Part shown: positions 24,301-36,800 of the stretch, piece after piece | How the letters are laid out: every line of letters begins with the position of its first letter | How positions within the stretch are numbered: the stretch's first letter is position 1 | From: Utricularia gibba | Taxonomy: Eukaryota; Plantae; Magnoliophyta | Assembly: GCA_002189035.1 (NCBI GenBank) | Contig: NEEC01000311.1 | Coordinates: 1 to 43,011 of the forward strand | DNA: 43,011 bases | Reading direction: 5' to 3' | The notes under the pieces: generated by a model | What the model saw: only the letters and a program-made list of their open reading frames with translations | The model's database searches: none | Told to the model about the DNA's origin: nothing | Position numbers and translations under genes: made by a program

Positions 24301-27100
24301 TCTGACTCCTTTGCCACATCGGGTCCTACTCGACGAAAATCGTGATGCAGTTATTGAAGTTAGGATTCATGAGCACCCAAAATGGTTTTCTCAACCGCAT
24401 GCTTTATATTTGAGGAGGCGCTCTCGTGGGGCAACGGTATCGAGCAGGAGGTCGAGTCGAGCTCGGCCCAGAGTCATTTGTAGCCCGCAAAAAATTGATG
24501 CATTTATTAACGTTCTTTTTTAGGCTGCCTACATAGTTTCTCAAGGAAAAGCTTGTCGTTTCTGCGCGGGTGATGTCGTTGGAACTTCGTTCGGACCCAA
24601 GGTTCTGTCTGACTCCTTTGCCACATCGGGTCCTACTCGACGAAAATCGTGATGCAGTTATTGAAGTTAGGATGTCATGAGCACCCAAAATGGTTTTCTC
24701 AACCGCATGCTTTATATTTGATAAGGCGCTCTCGTGGGCAACGGTATCGAGCAGGAGGTCGAGTCGAGCTCGGGCCCATAGTCATTTGTAGCTCGGCAAA
24801 AAAATTGATGCATTTATTAACGTTGGTTTTAATAGGCTGCCTACATAGTTTCTCAAGGAAAAGCTTGTCGTTTTTGGGCGGGTGATGTCGTTGTGAACTT
24901 CGTTCTGACCAAGGTTCGGTCTGACTCCTTTGCCACATCGGGTCCTACTCGACGAAAATCGTGATGCAGTTATTGAAGTTAGGATGTCATGAGCACCCAA
25001 AATGGTTTTCTCAACCGCATGCTTTATATTTGAAGGCGCTCTCGTGGGGCAACGGTATCGAGCAGGAGTCGAGTCGAGCTCGGGCCCATAGTCATTTGTA
25101 GCTCGGCAAAAAACTTGATGCATTATTAAACGTTGGTTTTAATAGGCCTACATGGTTTTCTCAAGGAAAAGCTTGTCGTTTTTGGCGGGTGATGTCGTTG
25201 TGAACTTCGTTCTGACCCAAGGTCGGTCTGTCCTTTGCCACATCGGTCCTACTCGACGAAAATCGTGATGCAGTTATTGAAGTTAGGATTTCATGAGCAC
25301 CCAAAATGGTTTTCTCAACCGCATGCTTTATATTTGATAAGGGCTCTTCGTGGGCAACGGTATCGAGCAGGAGGTCGAGTCGAGCTCGGCCCAGAGTCAT
25401 TTGTAGCCCCAAAAAATTGATGCATTTATTAACGTTGGTTATTAGGCTGCCTACATAGTTTCTCAAGGAAAAGCTTGTCGTTTCTGCGCGGGTGATGTCG
25501 TTGGAACTTCGTTCTGACCAAGGTTCGGTCTGACTCCTTTGCCACATCGGGTCCTACTCGACGAAAATCGTGATGCAGTTATTGAAGTTAGGATGTCATG
25601 AGCACCCAAAATGGTTTTCTCAACCGCATGCTTTATATTTGAGGAGGCGCTCTCGTGGGGCAACGGTATCGAGCAGGAGGTCGAGTCGAGCTCGGGCCCA
25701 TAGTCATTTGTAGCTCGGCAAAAAATTGATGCATTTATTAACGTTGGTTTTAATAGGCTGCCTACATGTTTCTCAAGGAAAAGCTTGTCGTTTCTGGGCG
25801 GGTGATGTCGTTGGAACTTCGTTGACCCAAGTTCGGTCTGACTCCTTTGCCACATCGGTCCTACTCGACGAAAATCGTGTGATGCAGTTATTGAAGTTAG
25901 GATTCATGAGCACCCAAAATGGTTTTCTCAACCGCATGCTTTATATTTGAGGAGGCGCTCTCGTGGGGCAAACGTATCGAGCAGGAGGTCGAGTCGAGCT
26001 CGGGCCCAGAGTCATTTGTAGCTCGGCAAAAAAATTGATGCATTTATTAACGTTGGTTTTAATAGGCTGCCTACATGGTTTCTCAAGGAAAAGCTTTGTT
26101 TGGGCGGGTGATGTCGTTGGAACTTCGTTCTGACCAAGGTTCGGTCTGACTCCTTTGCCACATCGGGTCCTACTCGACGAAAATCGTGATGCAGTTATTG
26201 AAGTTAGGATGTCATGAGCACCCAAAATGGTTTTCTCAACCGCATGCTTTATATTTGAGGAGGCGCTCTCGTGGGGGCAACGGTATCGAGCAGGAGGTCG
26301 AGTCGAGCTCGGGCCCATAGTCATTTGTAGCTCGGCAAAAAAACTTGATGCATTATTAACGTTGGTTTTAATAGGCTGCCTACATGTTTCTCAAGGAAAA
26401 GCTTGTCGTTTCTGGCGGGTGATGTCGTTGGGAACTTCGTTCGACCCAAGGTTCTGTCTGACTCCTTTGCCACATCGGTCCTACTCGACGAAAATCGTGA
26501 TGCAGTTATTGAAGTTAGGATTCATGAGCACCCAAAATGGTTTTCTCAACCGCATGCTTTATATTTGAGGAGGGCGCTCTCGTGGGGCAACGGTATCGAG
26601 TAGGAGGTCGAGTCGAGCTCGGGCCCATAGTCATTTGTAGCTCGGCAAAAAACTTGATGCATTTATTAACGTTGGTTTTATAGGCTGCCTACATGTTTCT
26701 CAAGGAAAAGCTTGTCGTTTCTGGGCGGGTGATGTCGTTGTGAACTTCGTTCTGACCCAAGGTTCGTCTGACTCCTTTGCCACATCGGGTCCTACTCGAC
26801 GAAAATCGTGATGCAGTTATTGAAGTTAGATTTCATGAGCACCCAAAATGGTTTTCTCAACCGCGATGCTTTTATTTGATAAGGCTCTCTCGTGGGGCAA
26901 CGGTATCGAGCAGGAGGTCGAGTCGAGCTCGGGCCCAGAGTCATTTGTAGCCCGGCAAAAAATTGATGCATTTATTAACGTTCGGTTTTAGGCTGCCTAC
27001 ATGTTTTCTCAAGGAAAAGCTTGTCGTTTCTGGCGGGTGATGTCGTTGGGAACTTCGTTCTGACCCAAGGTTCCTGACTCCTTTGCCACATCGGGTCCTA
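12331..27100. repeat. Satellite sub-domain with A/B alternating monomers (~625 bp dimer) and an irregular 6-8-mer super-period
   Basis: A-type monomers (GTAGCCC, TATTAGG, CATAG, GTTGGG) alternate with B-type monomers (GTAGCTCGG, TTTTAATAG, GTTGTG), strictly from 12.4 to 17.3 kb and less regularly afterwards. Confidence 0.7.
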
Positions 27101-27814
27101 CTCGACGAAAATCGTGATGCAGTTATTGAAGTTAGGATTCATGAGCACCCAAAATGGTTTTCTCAACCGCATGCTTTATATTTGAGGAGGCTCTCGTGGG
27201 GCAACGGTATCGAGTAGGAGGTCGAGTCGAGCTCGGGCCCATAGTCATTTGTAGCTCGGCAAAAAACTTGATGCATTTATTAACGTTGGGTTTTAATAGG
27301 CTGCCTACATGTTTTCTCAAGGAAAAGCTTGTCGTTTCTGGGCGGGTGATGTCGTTGGGAACTTCGTTCTGACCCAAGGTTCGGTCTGACTCCTTTGCCA
27401 CATCGGGTCCTACTCGACGAAAATCGTGATGCAGTTATTGAAGTTAGGATTTCATGAGCACCCAAAATGGTTTTCTCAACCGCATGCTTTATATTTGATA
27501 AGGTGCTCTCGTGGGGCAACGGTATCGAGCAGGAGGTCGAGTCGAGCTCGGGCCCATAGTCATTTGTAGCCGGCAAAAAACTTGATGCATTTATTAACGT
27601 TGGTTTTAATAGGCTGCCTACATGGTTTTCTCAAGGAAAAGCTTGTCGTTTTTGGGCGGGTGATGTCGTTGTGAACTTCGTTCTGACCCAAGGTTCGGTC
27701 TGACTCCTTTGCCAAATCTGGTCCTACTCGACGAAAATCGTGATGCAGTTATTGAAGTTAGGATTTCATGAGCACCCAAAATGGTTTTCTCAACGCATGC
27801 TTTATATTTGATAA

Positions 27815-30800
27815 GGCACTCTCGTGGGGCAACGGTATCGAGCAGGAGGTCGAGTCGAGCTCGGGCCCAGAGTCATTTGTAGCCCGGCAAAAAATTGATG
27901 CATTTATTAACGTTGGCTTTATTAGGCTGCCTACATAGTTTCTCAAGGAAAAGCTTGTCGTTTCTGGGCGGGTGATGTCTTTTGGAACTTCGTTCTGACC
28001 ATAGGTTCGGTCTGACTCCTTTGCCACATCGGGTCCTACTCGACGAAAATCGTGATGCAGTTATTGAAGTTAGGATTCATGAGCACCCAAAATGGTTTTC
28101 TCAACCGCATGCTTTATATTTGATAAGGCACTCTCGTGGGGCAACGGTATCGAGCAGGAGGTCGAGTCGAGCTCGGCCCAGAGTCATTTGTAGCCCGGCA
28201 AAAAATTGATGCATTTATTAACGTTGGTTTATTAGGCTGCCTACATAGTTTCTCAAGGAAAAGCTTGTCGTTTCTGGGCGGGTGATGTCTTTTGGAACTT
28301 CGTTCTGACCATAGGTTCGGTCTGACTCCTTTGCCACATCGGGTCCTACTCGACGAAAATCGTGATGCAGTTATTGAAGTTAGGATTCATGACCCAAAAT
28401 GGTTTTCTCAACCGCATGCTTTATATTTGATAAGGTGCTCTCGTGGGGCAACGGTATCGAGCAGGAGGTCGAGTCGAGCTCGGGCCCATAGTCATTTGTA
28501 GCTCGGCAAAAAACTTGATGCATTTATTAACGTTGGTTTTAATAGGCTGCCTACATGGTTTTCTCAAGGAAAAGCTTGTCGTTTTTGGGCGGGTGATGTC
28601 TTTTGGAACTTCGTTCTGACCATAGGTTCGGTCTGACTCCTTTGCCACATCGGGTCCTACTCGACGAAAATCGTGATGCAGTTATTGAAGTTAGGATTCA
28701 TGAGCACCCAAAATGGTTTTCTCAACCGCATGCTTTATATTTGATAAGGCACTCTCGTGGGGCAACGGTATCGAGCAGGAGGTCGAGTCGAGCTCGGGCC
28801 CAGAGTCATTTGTAGCCCGGCAAAAAAATTGATGCATTTATTAACGTTCGGCTTTATTAGGCTGCCTACATAGTTTCTCAAGGAAAAGCTTGTCGTTTCT
28901 GGCGGGTGATGTCTTTTGGAACTTCGTTCTGACCATAGGTTCGGTCTGACTCCTTTGCCACATCGGGTCCTACTCGACGAAAATCGTGATGCAGTTATTG
29001 AAGTTAGGATTCATGAGCACCCAAAATGGTTTTCTCAACCGCATGCTTTATATTTGATAAGGCACTCTCGTGGGGCAACGGTATCGAGCAGGAGGTCGAG
29101 TCGAGCTCGGCCCAGAGTCATTTGTAGCCCGGCAAAAAAATTGATGCATTTATTAACGTTGGTTTTTAGGCTGCCTACATGTTTCTCAAGGAAAAGCTTG
29201 TCGTTTCTGGGCGGGTGATGTCTTTTGGAACTTCGTTCTGACCATAGGTTCGGTCTGACTCCTTTGCCACATCGGGTCCTACTCGACGAAAATCGTGATG
29301 CAGTTATTGAAGTTAGGATATCATGAGCACCCAAAATGGTTTTCTCAACCGCATGCTTTATATTTGATAGGCCTCTCGTGGGGCAACGGTATCGAGCAGG
29401 AGGTCGAGTCGAGCTCGGGCCCAGAGTCATTTGTAGCCGGCAAAAAAAATTGATGCATTTATTAACGTTCGGTTTTATTAGGCTGCCTACATAGTTTCTC
29501 AAGGAAAAGCTTGTCGTTTCTGGGCGGGTGATGTCTTTTGGAACTTCGTCTGACCAAGGTTCGGTCTGACTCCTTTGCCACATCGGGTCCTACTCGACGA
29601 AAATCGTGATGCAGTTATTGAAGTTAGGATATCATGAGCACCCAAAATGGTTTTCTCAACCGCATGCTTTATATTTGATAAGGCACTCTCGTGGGGCAAC
29701 GGTATCGAGCAGGAGGTCGAGTCGAGCTCGGGCCCAGAGTCATTTGTAGCCCGGCAAAAAAATTGATGCATTTATTAACGTTCGGTTTATTAGGCTGCCT
29801 ACATTTTCTCAAGGAAAAGCTTGTCGTTTTGGGCGGTGATGTCGTTGGGAACTTCGTTCTGACCCAAGGTTCGTCTGACTCCTTTGCCACATCGGTCCTA
29901 CTCGACGAAAATCGTGATGCAGTTATTGAAGTTAGGATTTCATGAGCACCCAAAATGCTTTTTTCAATCGCATGCTTTGTATTTAGGAGGCGCTCTCGTG
30001 GGGCACGGTATCGGGCAAAAGGTCGAGTCGAGCTCGCTCCCAGAGTCATTTGTAGCCCGCAAAAAAATTGATGCATTTATTAACGTTCATTAGGCTGCCT
30101 ACATAGTTTCTCAAGGAAAAGCTTGTCGTTTCTGGGCGGTGATGTCGTTGGGAACTTCGTTCTGACCCAAGGTTCGGTCTGACTCCTTTGCCACATCGGG
30201 TCCTACTCGACGAAAATCGTGATGCAGTTATTGAAGTTAGGATTCATGAGCACCCAAAATGGTTTTCTCAACCGCATGCTTTATATTTGATAGGCGCTCT
30301 CGTGGGGCAACGGTATCGAGTAGGAGGTCGAGTCGAGCTCGGGCCCATAGTCATTTGTAGCTCGGCAAAAAACTTGATGCATTTATTAACGTTGGGTTTT
30401 AATAGGCTGCCTACATGTTTTCTCAAGGAAAAGCTTGTCGTTTCTGGGCGGGTGATGTCGTTGTGAACTTCGTTCTGACCCAAGGTTCGTCTGACTCCTT
30501 TGCCAAATCGGGTCCTACTCGACGAAAATCGTGATGCAGTTATTGAAGTTAGGATTCATGAGCACCCAAAATGGTTTTCTCAACCGCATGCTTTATATTT
30601 GATAAGGCGCTCTCGTGGGGCAACGGTATCGAGCAGGAGGTCGAGTCGAGCTCGGGCCCAGAGTCATTTGTAGCCAAAAAAATTGATGCATTTATTAACG
30701 TTGGTTTAGGCTGCCTACATAGTTTCTCAAGGAAAAGCTTGTCGTTTCTGGGCGGGTGATGTCGTTGGGAACTTCGTTCTGACCAAGGTTCGGTCTGACT

Positions 30801-33800
30801 CCTTTGCCACATCGGGTCCTACTCGACGAAAATCGTGATGCAGTTATTGAAGTTAGGATTCATGAGCACCCAAAATGGTTTTCTCAACCGCATGCTTTAT
30901 ATTTGATAGGCGCTCTCGTGGGGCAACGGTATCGAGCAGGAGGTCGAGTCGAGCTCGGGCCCATAGTCATTTGTAGCTCGGCAAAAAAATTGATGCATTT
31001 ATTAACGTTGGGTTTTAATAGGCTGCCTACATGTTTTTCTCAAGGAAAAGCTTGTCGTTTCTGGCGGGTGATGTCGTTGGGAACTTCGTTCTGACCCAAG
31101 GTTCGGTCTGACTCCTTTGCCACATCGGGTCCTACTCGACGAAAATCGTGATGCAGTTATTGAAGTTAGGATTTCATGAGCACCCAAAATGGTTTTTCTC
31201 AACCGCATGCTTTATATTTGATAAGGTGCTCTCGTGGGGCAACGGTATCGAGTAGGAGGTCGAGTCGAGCTCGGGCCCATAGTCATTTTGTAGCTCGGCA
31301 AAAAACTTGATGCATTTATTAACGTTGGTTTTAATAGGCTGCCTACATGGTTTTCTCAAGGAAAAGCTTGTCGTTTTTGGGCGGGTGATGTCGTTGGAAC
31401 TTCGTTCTGACCAAGGTTCGGTCTGACTCCTTTGCCACATCGGGTCCTACTCGACGAAAATCGTGATGCAGTTATTGAAGTTAGGATTTCATGAGCACCC
31501 AAAATGGTTTTCTCAACGCATGCTTTATATTTGATAAGGCTCTCGTGGGGCAACGGTATCGAGCAGGAGTCGAGTCGAGCTCGGGCCAGAGTCATTTGTA
31601 GCCGGCAAAAAAATTGATGCATTTATTAACGTTCGGCTTTATTAGGCTGCCTACATAGTTTTCTCAAGGAAAAGCTTGTCGTTTCTGGCGGGTGATGTCT
31701 TTGGAACTTCGTTCTGACCATAGGTTCGGTCTGACTCCTTTGCCACATCGGGTCCTACTCGACGAAAATCGTGATGCAGTTATTGAAGTTAGGATTCATG
31801 AGCACCCAAAATGGTTTTCTCAACCGCATGCTTTATATTTGATAAGGCACTCTCGTGGGGCAACGGTATCGAGCAGGAGGTCGAGTCGAGCTCGGCCCAG
31901 AGTCATTTGTAGCCCGGCAAAAAAATTGATGCATTTATTAACGTTCGGCTTTATTAGGCTGCCTACATAGTTTTCTCAAGGAAAAGCTTGTCGTTTCTGG
32001 GCGGGTGATGTCTTTTGGAACTTCGTTCTGACCATAGGTTCGGTCTGACTCCTTTGCCACATCGGGTCCTACTCGACGAAAATCGTGATGCAGTTATTGA
32101 AGTTAGGATTCATGAGCACCCAAAATGGTTTTCTCAACCGCATGCTTTATATTTGATAAGGCTCTCGTGGGGCAACGGTATCGAGCAGGAGGTCGAGTCG
32201 AGCTCGGGCCCATAGTCATTTGTAGCTCGGCAAAAAACTTGATGCATTTATTAACGTTGGTTTTAATAGGCTGCCTACATGGTTTTCTCAAGGAAAAGCT
32301 TGTCGTTTTTGGGCGGGTGATGTCTTTTGGAACTTCGTTCTGACCATCGGTCTGACTCCTTTGCCACATCGGGTCCTACTCGACGAAAATCGTGATGCAG
32401 TTATTGAAGTTAGGATTCATGAGCACCCAAAATGGTTTTCTCAACCGCATGCTTTATATTTGATAAGGCACTCTCGTGGGGCAACGGTATCGAGCAGGAG
32501 GTCGAGTCGAGCTCGGGCCCAGAGTCATTTGTAGCCCGGCAAAAAATTGATGCATTTATTAACGTTCGGTTTATTAGGCTGCCTACATGTTTCTCAAGGA
32601 AAAGCTTGTCGTTTCTGGGCGGGTGATGTCTTTGGAACTTCGTTCTGACCAAGGTTCGGTCTGACTCCTTTGCCACATCGGGTCCTACTCGACGAAAATC
32701 GTGATGCAGTTATTTGAAGTTAGGATTCATGAGCACCCAAAATGGTTTTCTCAACCGCATGCTTTATATTTGATAAGGCACTCTCGTGGGGCAACGGTAT
32801 CGAGCAGGAGGTCGAGTCGAGCTCGGCCCAGAGTCATTTGTAGCCCGGCAAAAAAATTGATGCATTTATTAACGTTGGCTTTATTAGGCTGCCTACATGT
32901 TTCTCAAGGAAAAGCTTGTCGTTTCTGGGCGGGTGATGTCTTTTGGAACTTCGTTCTGACCATAGGTTCGGTCTGACTCCTTTGCCACATCGGGTCCTAC
33001 TCGACGAAAATCGTGATGCAGTTATTGAAGTTAGGATTCATGAGCACCCAAAATGGGTTTTCTCAACCGCATGCTTTATATTTGATAAGGCACTCTCGTG
33101 GGGCAACGGTATCGAGCAGGAGGTCGAGTCGAGCTCGGCCCAGAGTCATTTGTAGCCCGGCAAAAAATTGATGCATTTATTAACGTTGGTTTTATTAGGC
33201 TGCCTACATGTTTTCTCAAGGAAAAGCTTGTCGTTTCTGGGCGGGTGATGTCTTTTGGAACTTCGTTCTGACCATAGGTTCGGTCTGACTCCTTTGCCAC
33301 ATCGGGTCCTACTCGACGAAAATCGTGATGCAGTTATTGAAGTTAGGATATCATGAGCACCCAAAATGGTTTTCTCAACCGCATGCTTTATATTTGATAA
33401 GGCACTCTCGTGGGGCAACGGTATCGAGCAGGAGGTCGAGTCGAGCTCGGCCCAGAGTCATTTGTAGCCCGGCAAAAAAATTGATGCATTTATTAACGTT
33501 GGTTTAATAGGCTGCCTACATGGTTTCTCAAGGAAAAGCTTGTCGTTTCTGGGCGGGTGATGTCGTTGGGAACTTCGTTCTGACCAAGGTTCGGTCTGAC
33601 TCCTTTGCCACATCGGGTCCTACTCGACGAAAATCGTGATGCAGTTATTGAAGTTAGGATTTCATGAGCACCCAAAATGCTTTTCTCAACGCATGCTTTA
33701 TATTTAGGAGGCGCTCTCGTGGGGCAACGGTATCGAGCAGGAGGTCGAGTCGAGCTCGCTCCCAGAGTCATTTGTAGCCCGGCAAAAAAATTGATGCATT

Positions 33801-36800
33801 TATTAACGTTCGGTTATTAGGCTGCCTACATGTTTCTCAAGGAAAAGCTTGTCGTTTCTGGGCGGGTGATGTCGTTGGAACTTCGTTCTGACCCAAGGTT
33901 CGGTCTGACTCCTTTGCCACATCGGGTCCTACTCGACGAAAATCGTGATGCAGTTATTGAAGTTAGGATTCATGAGCACCCAAAATGGTTTTCTCAACGC
34001 ATGCTTTATATTTGAGGAGGCGCTCTCGTGGGGCAACGGTATCGAGCAGGAGGTCGAGTCGAGCTCGGGCCCAGAGTCATTTGTAGCCCGGCAAAAAATT
34101 GATGCATTTATTAACGTTCGGTTTATTAGGCTGCCTACATGTTTCTCAAGGAAAAGCTTGTCGTTTCTGGGCGGGTGATGTCTTTTGGAACTTCGTTCTG
34201 ACCATAGGTTCGGTCTGACTCCTTTGCCACATCGGGTCCTACTCGACGAAAATCGTGATGCAGTTATTGAAGTTAGGATTCATGAGCACCAAAATGGTTT
34301 TCTCAACCGCATGCTTTATATTTGATAAGGTGCTCTCGTGGGGCAACGGTATCGAGTAGGAGGTCGAGTCGAGCTCGGGCCCATAGTCATTTGTAGCTCG
34401 GCAAAAAACTTGATGCATTTATTAACGTTGGTTTTAATAGGCTGCCTAAATGGTTTTCTCAAGGAAAAGCTTGTCGTTTTTGGCGGGTGATGTCGTTGGA
34501 ACTTCGTTCTGACCAAGGTTCGGTCTGACTCCTTTGCCACATCGGGTCCTACTCGACGAAAATCGTGATGCAGTTATTGAAGTTAGGATTCATGAGCACC
34601 CAAAATGGTTTTCTCAACCGCATGCTTTATATTTGATAAGGCACTCTCGTGGGGCAACGGTATCGAGCAGGAGGTCGAGTCGAGCTCGGGCCCAGAGTCA
34701 TTTGTAGCCCGGCAAAAAAATTGATGCATTTATTAACGTTGGTTTTAATAGGCTGCCTACATAGTTTCTCAAGGAAAAGCTTGTCGTTTCTGGGCGGGTG
34801 ATGTCTTTTGGAACTTCGTTCTGACCAAGGTTCGGTCTGACTCCTTTGCCACATCGGGTCCTACTCGACGAAAATCGTGATGCAGTTATTGAAGTTAGGA
34901 TTCATGAGCACCCAAAATGGTTTTCTCAACCGCATGCTTTATATTTGATAAGGCACTCTCGTGGGGCAACGGTATCGAGCAGGAGGTCGAGTCGAGCTCG
35001 GCCCAGAGTCATTTGTAGCCCGGCAAAAAAATTGATGCATTTATTAACGTTGGTTTTAATTAGGCTGCCTACATAGTTTCTCAAGGAAAGCTTGTCGTTT
35101 CTGGGCGGTGATGTCTTTTGGAACTTCGTTCTGACCAAGGTTCGGTCTGACTCCTTTGCCACATCGGGTCCTACTCGACGAAAATCGTGATGCAGTTATT
35201 GAAGTTAGGATTCATGAGCACCCAAAATGGTTTTCTCAACCGCATGCTTTATATTTGATAAGGCGCTCTCGTGGGGCAACGGTATCGAGTAGGAGGTCGA
35301 GTCGAGCTCGGGCCCATAGTCATTTGTAGCTCGGCAAAAAACTTGATGCATTTATTAACGTTGTTTAATAGGCTGCCTACATGGTTTTCTCAAGGAAAAG
35401 CTTGTCGTTTTGGGCGGGTGATGTCTTTTGGAACTTCGTTCTGACCAAGGTTCGGTCTGACTCCTTTGCCACATCGGGTCTACTCGACGAAAATCGTGAT
35501 GCAGTTATTGAAGTTAGGATTCATGAGCACCAAAATGGTTTTCTCAACCGCATGCTTTATATTTGATAAGGCACTCTCGTGGGGCAACGGTATCGAGCAG
35601 GAGGTCGAGTCGAGCTCGGGCCCAGAGTCATTTGTAGCCGGCAAAAAAATTGATGCATTTATTAACGTTCGGTTTATTAGGCTGCCTACATAGTTTTCTC
35701 AAGGAAAAGCTTGTCGTTTCTGGGCGGGTGATGTCTTTTGGAACTTCGTTCTGACCATAGGTTCGGTCTGACTCCTTTGCCACATCGGTCCTACTCGACG
35801 AAAATCGTGATGCAGTTATTGAAGTTAGGATATCATGAGCACCCAAAATGGTTTTCTCAACCGCATGCTTTATATTTGATAAGGCACTCTCGTGGGGCAA
35901 CGGTATCGAGCAGGAGGTCGAGTCGAGCTCGGTCCCAGAGTCATTTGTAGCCCGGCAAAAAAATTGATGCATTTATTAACGTTCGGCTTTATTAGGCTGC
36001 CTACATAGTTTCTCAAGGAAAAGCTTGTCGTTTCTGGGCGGGTGATGTCTTTTGGAACTTCGTTCTGACCAAGGTTCGGTCTGACTCCTTTGCCACATCG
36101 GGTCCTACTCGACGAAAATCGTGATGCAGTTATTGAAGTTAGGATTTCATGAGCACCCAAAATGGTTTTCTCAACCGCATGCTTTATATTTGATAAGGCG
36201 CTCTCGTGGGGCAACGGTATCGAGCAGGAGGTCGAGTCGAGCTCGGGCCAGAGTCATTTGTAGCCCGGCAAAAAATTGATGCATTTATTAACGTTCGGCT
36301 TTATTAGGCTGCCTACATAGTTTTCTCAAGGAAAAGCTTGTCGTTTCTGGGCGGGTGATGTCTTTGGAACTTCGTTCTGACCATAGGTTCGTCTGACTCC
36401 TTTGCCACATCGGGTCCTACTCGACGAAAATCGTGATGCAGTTATTGAAGTTAGGATATCATGAGCACCCAAAATGGTTTTCTCAACCGCATGCTTTATA
36501 TTTGATAAGGCACTCTCGTGGGGCAACGGTATCGAGCAGGAGGTCGAGTCGAGCTCGGGCCCAGAGTCATTTGTAGCCCGGCAAAAAAATTGATGCATTT
36601 ATTAACGTTGGCTTTTAGGCTGCCTACATGTTTCTCAAGGAAAAGCTTGTCGTTTCTGGCGGGTGATGTCGTTGGGAACTTCGTTCTGACCCAAGGTTCG
36701 TCTGACTCCTTTGCCACATCGGGTCCTACGACGAAAATCGTGATGCAGTTATTGAAGTTAGGATTTCATGAGCACCCAAAATGGTTTTTTCAACGCATGC

